Assembly (NCBI GenBank): GCA_035512495.1
Contig: DATKDW010000083.1
Span: 6,045 to 70,044, forward strand
Source: Acidimicrobiales bacterium
Lineage (GTDB): Bacteria > Actinomycetota > Acidimicrobiia > Acidimicrobiales > CADCSY01
Length of the DNA stretch: 64,000 nt
Reading direction: 5' to 3'
Below, piece by piece: positions 35,767 through 43,259 of the stretch; within the stretch, counting starts at the first letter, position 1, and the number at the start of each line of letters is the position of its first letter. The notes beneath the pieces were generated by a model. That model worked only from the letters and a program-made list of their open reading frames with translations, made no database searches and was not told where the DNA came from. A program made the translations under genes and the position numbers.

Positions 35767-36948
35767 ATGGGCGGTACCGTGCCACAACCCCGCCCCCTCC
35801 GCGATCGAGGAGCCGTGACCGGACACGACGCCCCCGCACCGAGCACCGCCGACCTCCCCGAGCGGGTTCGCCTCGTGGTGCTCTTCGGGGGCCAGTCGGC
35901 CGAGCACGAGGTCTCGTGCACCTCGGCCGCCTCGGTGCTGGCCGCCGCCGACCCCGACCGCTACGACCTCCAGCCGGTGGGCATCACCCCCGACGGGCGA
36001 TGGGTCCTGGCCGAGGACGCCATCGCCGCCCTCGCCGCTGGTGCATCGGGCCTCCCGTCTGCCCTCACCGCCGCCGGCCCCGAGCTCGACCCCCTCCCCA
36101 CGGTGGCCGCTCGGCGCGGCCCCGGTGGCGGCAACGACGTCCCCACCGTGGTCCTGCCCCTCCTCCACGGTCCCCTCGGCGAGGACGGCACCATCCAGGG
36201 GATGCTCGAGCTCGCCGGGGTCCCCTACGTGGGCTCGGGCGTGCTGGGCTCGGCGCTGTGCATGGACAAGGCCAAGGCCAAGGAGGTGCTGGCCCACCAC
36301 GGCGTGGCCCAACCCCGCTGGATCGCCCGTCGCGACACGGGCATCGAGGCCGACCTCGTCGACCGGGTCACCGCCGAGCTCGGGTGGCCGGTGTTCGTGA
36401 AGCCGGCCAACCTCGGCTCGTCGGTCGGCATCTCGAAGGTCGCCGACCCCTACGGGCTCGCCGCCGCGGTCGAGGAGGCCCTGCGCTTCGACGAGTGGGT
36501 GGTCATCGAGGAGGCGATCGTCGGCCGGGAGATCGAGTGCGCCGTGCTCGGGGGGGCCGACCCCATCGCCTCGGTCCCCGGCGAGATCCTGCCGTCGGCC
36601 GAGTTCTACGACTACGACGACAAGTACTCGGGTGACGGGGCCGACCTCGCCGTGCCCGCCGACCTCCCCGACGACGTCACCGCCGAGGTGCAGCGGCTGG
36701 CCCTGACCACCTTCGCCGCCCTGCGGGCGGATGGGTTCGCGCGGGTGGACCTCTTCTACGAGGAGGCCGGCCGGGGGCTGCTCGTCAACGAGGTCAACAC
36801 CATCCCCGGCTTCACCCCGCACTCGATGTACCCCCGGCTGTGGGCCGCCTCCGGGCTGCCCTACGACCTGCTCATCGACCGCCTCGTCGCCCTTGCCCTC
36901 GAGCGCCGCGCCCACCGCGCCGCCAAGGTCGGCCGCCCGCGCGACTGA
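35767..36948 (+). CDS. ddl: D-alanine--D-alanine ligase
   Basis: VLFGGQSAEHEVS, LHGPLGEDGTIQG, FVKPANLGSSVGI, EFYDYDDKY and NEVNTIPGFT are all present. Start at ATG 35767 or GTG 35815. Confidence 0.85.
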   Translation: MGGTVPQPRPLRDRGAVTGHDAPAPSTADLPERVRLVVLFGGQSAEHEVSCTSAASVLAAADPDRYDLQPVGITPDGRWVLAEDAIAALAAGASGLPSALTAAGPELDPLPTVAARRGPGGGNDVPTVVLPLLHGPLGEDGTIQGMLELAGVPYVGSGVLGSALCMDKAKAKEVLAHHGVAQPRWIARRDTGIEADLVDRVTAELGWPVFVKPANLGSSVGISKVADPYGLAAAVEEALRFDEWVVIEEAIVGREIECAVLGGADPIASVPGEILPSAEFYDYDDKYSGDGADLAVPADLPDDVTAEVQRLALTTFAALRADGFARVDLFYEEAGRGLLVNEVNTIPGFTPHSMYPRLWAASGLPYDLLIDRLVALALERRAHRAAKVGRPRD

Positions 36949-37012
36949 CACCGCGGCACCAGCCCCCGGGGGACCGCGAGCAGGCGCGGCGCCAGGGGCC
37001 AGGAGGGCGCAG

Positions 37013-39400
37013 ATGCCCGCCGTCCTCGGCACCTCCACTAGACAGGGGGCCGTGATCGCCGACGCGCTGGCCGGCAAGCGCCTCTTCGTCACCGGCTCGA
37101 CCGGCTTCCTCGGCACCGCGCTGGTGGAGCGGCTGCTGCGCTCCGTGCCGGGCTGCGAGCTGGTGCTCCTGATCCGCCCGGGCCGACAGCGAACCGTCGA
37201 GCAGCGCCTCGCCCGCGAGCTCATCCGCAACGATGCCTTCGACCGCCTCCGCGCCGAGCTGGGCGAAGGCTTCGACGACGAGGTGGCTCGCCGGGTGCAA
37301 GTGGTGGCCGGCGACGTGAGCAGCGACGGGCTCGGGCTCGACGACGCCGGAAGAGAGCTGCTCGCCACGTGCGACACGGTCATCCACTCCGCCGCCACCG
37401 TCGCCTTCGACTCGCCCCTCGACCGCGCCGTGGAGGTCAACCTCCTCGGACCCTCCCGCATCGCCACCACCCTCAACGAGATCGGGTCCACCGCCCACCT
37501 CGTCGCCGTCTCGACCTGCTACGTGGCCGGGAACCGTCGGGGGCGGGCGCCCGAGCTGCCGCTGCTCGACCAGCCGTTCACCCCCGACGTCGACTGGCGG
37601 GCCGAGGTGGCGGCTGCCCGCCGCACCCGAGCCGACGTGGAGGCAGCCAGTCGCACCCCAGCGATGCTCGCCCGCTTCCGCAAGGAGGCTCGTGGCGAGC
37701 TCGGTGCCGCCGGCACGCCGCTCCTGGCCTCCAAGGGCGAGAAGCGGCGCGACGCCTGGGTGGCCAGCGAGCTGGTCGAGGCGGGCAGGGCACGTGCCCG
37801 GTCCCTCGGCTGGCCCGACGCCTACGCCTACACCAAGGCGCTCGGCGAGCAGGCCCTGCTCGAGACGCGCGGTGCGGTGCCGGTCACCATCGTGCGTCCC
37901 TCGATCATCGAGTCGGCCCTCGCCGAACCCAGCCCGGGCTGGATCCGAGGCTTCCGCATGGCCGAACCGGTCATCATCAGCTACGCCCAGGGCCTGCTGA
38001 AGGAGTTCCCCGGGATCCCCGAGGGCGTGGTCGACGTCATCCCCGTCGACCTGGTCGTCGCCGCGGTCATCGACGCTGCCGCCCGGGGCCCCGAGGAGCA
38101 GCCCGCCGTGGTGCAGGTGGCATCCGGCTCCGCCAACCCGCTCGGCTACCGCCACCTCGTCGACCTGGTGCAGGGCTGGTTCTCGGAGCACCCCCTCTAC
38201 GACGCCAAGGGCCAGCCGATCCTCGTGCCGGAGTGGACCTTCCCCGGCCGCGGTCGCGTGCAGAAGCAGCTGGAGCGGGCCTCGTCGATCATGGACCGCG
38301 CCGAGAAGGCCCTCGCCACCCTCCCGCTGCGGGGCACCCAGGCCCGGTGGTCGGCCACCCTCGACGACAAGCGGGCCGACGTCGACCGTGCCCTCACCTA
38401 CGTCGAGCTCTACGGCGCCTACGCCGAGACCGAGGCCGAGTTCTCCGTCGACCGCCTCCTCGAGCGCTTCCGCTCGCTCGACGACGACGACCGTGCCACG
38501 TTCTGCTTCGACCCCGGAGTTGTCGACTGGGACCACTACGTCACGTCGATCCACCTCCCGTCGGTGGTGGCCCACGCACGGGTCAAGACCACGCCCGGCG
38601 CCACCAACCGCGAGAGCCGCAGCTCCCGCCTGCGCCGCCAGGTGCTGGCACCCGAGCGCCACCTCGCCGCCTTCGACCTCGAGAACACCCTGATCGCCTC
38701 GAACGTGGTCGAGTCGTACTCCTGGCTGGCGACCAGGCGGCTGGGGCCCGACGACCGCCTCCGCTTCGTGCTCAAGACGCTCCGCGAGGCACCGGGGCTG
38801 CTCGCCCTCGACCGCAAGGACCGGGGCGACTTCCTTCGCCACTTCTACCGGCGCTACGAGGGCGCGCCGGTCCGCCAGCTCGACGAGGACGCCGCCGAGC
38901 TGTTCAGCCGCCTGATCCTCACCAAGTCGTTCCCCGCCGGCTTCCGGCGTGTCCGGGAGCACCGGGCGCTCGGCCACCGCACGGTGCTCATCACCGGTGC
39001 GCTCGACATCGTGGTGGAGCGCAACCTCGCCCCCCTCTTCGACGACATCGTGTGCGCCCGCATGGGCGTGGTCGACGGGCGCTACACCGGCGAGCTCACC
39101 TCGGCGCCCCCCACCGGCGAGGCGCGCGCCCAGGCCATGGCCGACTACGCCGAGGCCGAGGGACTCGAGCTCGAGCAGTCGGTCGCCTACGCCGACTCGG
39201 CCAGCGACCTGCCGATGCTCGAAGCCGTCGGCTTCCCGGTGGCGGTCAACCCCGAGACCCGCCTGTCGGCCATCGCCCGCAAGCGGGGCTGGCTGGTCGA
39301 GGACTGGACCAAGGCCCCGGGCGCCCCCCGACCCCTGCTCCCCATCGGCCCGATGACCCGCCGCACGTCGTTCCGCCGCCCCGCCGGGGCACGACGATGA
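37013..39400 (+). CDS. fusion protein: fatty acyl-CoA/ACP reductase (NAD_binding_4 plus FAR_C-like) fused to a HAD-IB hydrolase domain
   Basis: AGGAGG lies 6 nt before ATG 37013. LFVTGSTGFLGTALVERLL and YAYTKALGEQ (YxxxK) mark the reductase. The C-terminal HAD-IB part has AAFDLENTL (motif I as DxE) and YADSASDLPML. Confidence 0.75.
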   Translation: MPAVLGTSTRQGAVIADALAGKRLFVTGSTGFLGTALVERLLRSVPGCELVLLIRPGRQRTVEQRLARELIRNDAFDRLRAELGEGFDDEVARRVQVVAGDVSSDGLGLDDAGRELLATCDTVIHSAATVAFDSPLDRAVEVNLLGPSRIATTLNEIGSTAHLVAVSTCYVAGNRRGRAPELPLLDQPFTPDVDWRAEVAAARRTRADVEAASRTPAMLARFRKEARGELGAAGTPLLASKGEKRRDAWVASELVEAGRARARSLGWPDAYAYTKALGEQALLETRGAVPVTIVRPSIIESALAEPSPGWIRGFRMAEPVIISYAQGLLKEFPGIPEGVVDVIPVDLVVAAVIDAAARGPEEQPAVVQVASGSANPLGYRHLVDLVQGWFSEHPLYDAKGQPILVPEWTFPGRGRVQKQLERASSIMDRAEKALATLPLRGTQARWSATLDDKRADVDRALTYVELYGAYAETEAEFSVDRLLERFRSLDDDDRATFCFDPGVVDWDHYVTSIHLPSVVAHARVKTTPGATNRESRSSRLRRQVLAPERHLAAFDLENTLIASNVVESYSWLATRRLGPDDRLRFVLKTLREAPGLLALDRKDRGDFLRHFYRRYEGAPVRQLDEDAAELFSRLILTKSFPAGFRRVREHRALGHRTVLITGALDIVVERNLAPLFDDIVCARMGVVDGRYTGELTSAPPTGEARAQAMADYAEAEGLELEQSVAYADSASDLPMLEAVGFPVAVNPETRLSAIARKRGWLVEDWTKAPGAPRPLLPIGPMTRRTSFRRPAGARR

Positions 39401-40587
39401 AGGCACTGCGCTTCGAGCGCTCGGTCCCGCGCTTCGCCGCCGCCCGTCTCGCCGGGTCGCTGGCCCATGGCCGGGGCGCCACGGTCGGACCCCTGCGCCT
39501 CCGCGATGTCGACCTTCCCGACCTCCCCGGCCCCGGCTGGCAGCGCGTGAGGCCCCGTCTCGCCGGCATCTGCGGCTCCGACCTCGCCACCATCGACGCC
39601 ACCTCGAGCCGCTGGTTCGAGCCCATCGTCAGCTTCCCCTTCGTTCCGGGCCACGAGGTCGTGGGCGACCTCGACGACGGCACGCGTGTGGTGCTCCAAC
39701 CCGTGCTCGGCTGCGCCGCTCGCGGCATCGAGCCGCCGTGCGATGCGTGCACCTCGGGCCAGGTGGGGCGCTGCGCCAACATCGCCTTCGGCCACCTCGA
39801 TCCCGGCCTGCAGACCGGCTACTGCGCCGCCACCGGCGGAGGCTGGTCCACCGCCCTCGTGGCCCACGACAGCCAGCTGCACCGGGTGCCCGACGCCCTC
39901 AGCGACGAGGCAGCGGTGATGGTGGAGCCCACCGCCTGCGCCGTGCGTGGCGCGTTCCGAGCCGGCACCGACGCCACCACCGTGGCCGTCATCGGCGCCG
40001 GCACCCTCGGCCTGTGCACCATCGCCGCCCTGCGCCGGCTGGTGCTCACCGACGACCAGCACATCGTCGCCGCCGCCAAGCACCCCGAGCAGCGGGCCCT
40101 CGCGCGCGAGCTCGGGGCCACCACCGTGGTCGAGCCCGACCAGCTCGACCGGGTGGCCCGCCGCCTCACCGGCTCCATGGCCACCGGCGACGGCGAGATC
40201 GGACGCCTCACCGGCGGCGTCGACGTCACCGTCGACTGCGTGGGCAGCGCCGACAGCCTGGCCCAGGCCCTCGCCGTCACCGCTCCCGGCGGCCGCATCG
40301 TGATGGTCGGCATGCCCGGCCGGCTCACCGTCGACCTCACCCCGCTGTGGCACCGCGAGATCGAGCTGGTCGGGGCCTACGCCTACGGCGTGGAGCCCAC
40401 CGGCCGACCCACCTTCGACCTCGCATTCGAGCTGGTGGCCGACGCCGGCCTCGAACGCCTCGTCTCGGCCACCTACCCCCTCGATCGCTTCACCGACGCC
40501 ATCGCCCACGCCGCCGAGGCAGGTCGCCGCGGCGCGGTCAAGATCGCCTTCGACCTCCGCACCGAGAAGGAAAGAGACCGACTGTGA
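39397..40587 (+). CDS. zinc-type medium-chain alcohol dehydrogenase family protein
   Basis: ATGA overlap with the previous stop. GICGSDL and PFVPGHEVVG are the Zn ligands. The Rossmann motif is VAVIGAGTLGL. Confidence 0.8.
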   Translation: MKALRFERSVPRFAAARLAGSLAHGRGATVGPLRLRDVDLPDLPGPGWQRVRPRLAGICGSDLATIDATSSRWFEPIVSFPFVPGHEVVGDLDDGTRVVLQPVLGCAARGIEPPCDACTSGQVGRCANIAFGHLDPGLQTGYCAATGGGWSTALVAHDSQLHRVPDALSDEAAVMVEPTACAVRGAFRAGTDATTVAVIGAGTLGLCTIAALRRLVLTDDQHIVAAAKHPEQRALARELGATTVVEPDQLDRVARRLTGSMATGDGEIGRLTGGVDVTVDCVGSADSLAQALAVTAPGGRIVMVGMPGRLTVDLTPLWHREIELVGAYAYGVEPTGRPTFDLAFELVADAGLERLVSATYPLDRFTDAIAHAAEAGRRGAVKIAFDLRTEKERDRL

Positions 40588-42182
40588 CTCGTAAGACGGC
40601 ACGGCCAGGCTTCGTGCTGGAGGTCGACCGCTCGACCCCGCCGACGATGTTCATGGACGGTGAGGGCTTCCGCCTCGAGCGCCTGCCAGTGGGGCGCAGC
40701 CGGATCATCTACCCCGGCGAGCCGCTGCCGACCCTGCGCGACCCCGAGGCCGCCATCCGTCACGCCCTGCTGAACCCGGTGGGCCAGGACCCGCTGCCGG
40801 CCCAGCTCTTCCCCGGCATGAAGCTCACGATCGCCTTCGACGACATCTCCTTGCCCCTGCCGAAGATGCGCCGGCCCGACATCCGCCAGCGCGTGATCGA
40901 GGCGGTGCTCGACCTGGCCGCCGAGGCCGGCGTCGACGACGTCCACATCATCGCCGCCCTGGCGCTGCACCGGCGCATGACCGAGGCCGAGCTGCGCCAC
41001 TGCCTCGGCGACCGCATCTACGACGCCTTCTCCCCCGACGGCACCCTCTACAACCACGACGCCGAGGACCCCGACGGCATGGCCCACCTGGGCGAGACCG
41101 AGCAGGGCGAGGAGGTCGAGATCAACAAGCGGGCCGCCGAGTCCGACCTGCTGGTCTACGTCAACATCAACCTCGTCTCGATGGACGGCGGCCACAAGTC
41201 CACCGCCACCGGGCTGGCGTCGTACAAGAGCCTGCGCCACCACCACAACGTCAAGACCATGCGCCACAGTCGGTCGTTCATGGACCAGCACCGCTCCGAG
41301 CTGCACTCCTCCAACTGGCGCATGGGCGAGGTGATCCGCAAGGCGGGCATCAAGATCTTCCAGATCGAGACCACCCTCAACAACGACACCTTCCCGGCCC
41401 CATTCGACTTCCTCCAGAAGCGGGAGTGGGAGTGGACGGCACGTGACCGCGTGACCTTCGTGGCAGCCAAGAAGGGACTCGACACGCTGCCCATGAGCGC
41501 TCGCCGGGCGATCTTCCAGTCGATCGAGGCGCCCCACGACATGACGGGCATCACCGCCGGCGACATCGAGGAGGTCCACGCCATCACCACCCAGCGGGTG
41601 TGGGACCAACAGCTCGTCCAGGTGGAGGGCCAGACCGACATCCTCACCATGGGGCTGCCGTACCTGTGCCCCTACAACGTGAACTCGATCATGAACCCGA
41701 TCCTGGTGGCCTGCCAGGGGCTCGGGTACTTCTTCAACCTGTACCGCAACAAGCCCCTGGTGCGCGAGGGCGGCGTGGTGATCATGACCCACCCCACCCC
41801 CTGGGACTTCCACCCGGTCCACCACCCCAGCTACATCGACTTCTTCGAGCAGGTGCTGGCCGAGACCACCGACCCGGTCGAGATCGAGAAGCGCTTCGAG
41901 ACGTCGTTCGCCGAAGACGAGTGGTACCGCCACCTCTACCGGACGAGCTACGCCTACCACGGCGTGCACCCGTTCTACATGTGGTACTGGTGCGCACACG
42001 CCCTCCAGCACCTCGGCGCGGTGATCATCGTCGGCGGCGACGCCAGGGCGGTGCGCCGCCTCGGCTTCCGCCCCGCCTCCACCATGCGAGACGCGCTCGA
42101 GATGGCCGAGGACACCGTGGGGCGCGACCCATCGGTCACCCACCTCCACGCCCCGCCGCTCCTGGTGGCCGAGGTCAGCTGA
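40584..42182 (+). CDS. LarA-like (lactate racemase N-terminal domain, DUF2088) protein
   Basis: GTGA overlap with the previous stop. LTIAFDDISLPLP, VNINLVSMDGGHKSTATG (a GGxKS-like lysine motif) and about 530 aa in length. Assigned from memory of LarA-family motifs. Confidence 0.6.
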   Translation: MTRKTARPGFVLEVDRSTPPTMFMDGEGFRLERLPVGRSRIIYPGEPLPTLRDPEAAIRHALLNPVGQDPLPAQLFPGMKLTIAFDDISLPLPKMRRPDIRQRVIEAVLDLAAEAGVDDVHIIAALALHRRMTEAELRHCLGDRIYDAFSPDGTLYNHDAEDPDGMAHLGETEQGEEVEINKRAAESDLLVYVNINLVSMDGGHKSTATGLASYKSLRHHHNVKTMRHSRSFMDQHRSELHSSNWRMGEVIRKAGIKIFQIETTLNNDTFPAPFDFLQKREWEWTARDRVTFVAAKKGLDTLPMSARRAIFQSIEAPHDMTGITAGDIEEVHAITTQRVWDQQLVQVEGQTDILTMGLPYLCPYNVNSIMNPILVACQGLGYFFNLYRNKPLVREGGVVIMTHPTPWDFHPVHHPSYIDFFEQVLAETTDPVEIEKRFETSFAEDEWYRHLYRTSYAYHGVHPFYMWYWCAHALQHLGAVIIVGGDARAVRRLGFRPASTMRDALEMAEDTVGRDPSVTHLHAPPLLVAEVS

Positions 42183-43106
42183 GTGGCCGGCCGCCGCCTG
42201 CCCGACCCGGTCCGCCGGCTCCTTCGACCCGGCTTCCCCTGGTCGGCGCCCACCACCCCACTCGGCATCGAGCCGCTCGAGCAGGAGCCCACCACCGGCG
42301 CCCACTACGCCACCGGCTGGGCCCGTCGCCAGCCGGCGCGCTACGCCCGCTTCTTGGTGGTCGAGGGACCCATGAAGGCGGTGGTCCGAGCCCTCGCCGC
42401 GCCCACGGTCCACGGCACCGACCGCCTCGCCGCCCTCGAGGGGTCGGTGATCTTCGCCGCCAACCACCAGAGCCACCTCGACGCGCCGCTCATGCTCACG
42501 ACCATCCCCGAGCCCTGGCGGCACCGCATGGTGGTGGGGGCGGCAGCCGACTACTTCTTCACCAGCCGTGCCCGCTCCGCCCTCTCGGCCCTGGCCATGG
42601 GCGCCTTCCCGATCGAGCGCAGCAAGGTGACCCGCCGCTCGGCCGACCAGGCCGCCGAGCTGCTCGGCAAGGGGTGGAGCCTGCTGATCTTCCCCGAGGG
42701 CGGCCGCAGCCCCGACGGGTGGGCCCAGGACCACCGCGGCGGCGCCGCCTACCTGTCGTCGCGCTGCGGCGTCCCGGTGGTCCCGGTGCACCTCCAGGGC
42801 ACGGGCCGCATCTTCGGCCGGGGCGACACGCGCCCGCGCCCGGGCACCACAAGGGTCACCTTCGGCTCGCCCATGCGGCCCGAGGAGGGCGAGAACGCCA
42901 CTCGGTTCGCCCAGCGGGTCGAGCGGGCCGTCGACGCCCTCGCCGACGAAGCGTCCACCGACTGGTGGTCGGCGCGCCGTCGGGCGGCCAGCGGGGCGAC
43001 ACCCTCGCTCTCGGGACCAGCGACGAGCGGTTGGCGCCGGTCGTGGGCCCTCGGTGACCGCAAGGGCCGGCCGTCTCGCACCCGCCGGCCTTGGCCTGAT
43101 CTGTAG
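42183..43106 (+). CDS. lysophospholipid (1-acyl-sn-glycerol-3-phosphate type) acyltransferase
   Basis: GTG 42183 directly follows the TGA. The HX4D motif is ANHQSHLD, and FPEGGRS is present. Confidence 0.8.
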   Translation: MAGRRLPDPVRRLLRPGFPWSAPTTPLGIEPLEQEPTTGAHYATGWARRQPARYARFLVVEGPMKAVVRALAAPTVHGTDRLAALEGSVIFAANHQSHLDAPLMLTTIPEPWRHRMVVGAAADYFFTSRARSALSALAMGAFPIERSKVTRRSADQAAELLGKGWSLLIFPEGGRSPDGWAQDHRGGAAYLSSRCGVPVVPVHLQGTGRIFGRGDTRPRPGTTRVTFGSPMRPEEGENATRFAQRVERAVDALADEASTDWWSARRRAASGATPSLSGPATSGWRRSWALGDRKGRPSRTRRPWPDL

Positions 43107-43259
43107 GAGCAGCGTCCGGCTGAGACCCCCGATCGGTTCTTCGCTCGCCGGGGACGGCAGGTACGATCGTCCCTCGCACGACCGGGGCCATGGGCAACGA
43201 CGCCTCCCCTGCTTCAACGAGGAAGCGTCCCGGTCATCCCCCCGACGGAGGAGAGCCCC

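Noticed and set aside
35767-36948. A VanA/VanB-type D-Ala-D-Lac ligase, given the separate murF-ddl pair.
   Set aside because: The omega-loop region reads EFYDYDDKYSGDGADLAVPA, the pattern of ordinary D-Ala-D-Ala ligases. No vanH, vanX or vanRS genes are nearby.
35743-37491. Long N-terminal extensions of listed ORFs: murF ORF to 37491, ddl ORF from 35026, FAR ORF from 36731, ADH ORF from 37369, LarA-like ORF from 39738 and qor ORF to 60147.
   Set aside because: The extensions overlap neighbouring genes that have strong motifs and are compositionally abnormal. Internal start codons with SD sequences or stop/start overlaps give proteins of the normal family length.
43107-43259. A structured leader or riboswitch upstream of gltB.
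   Set aside because: No motif I recognise and no strong hairpin were found, only a good SD (GGAGGAG). It is left unannotated.
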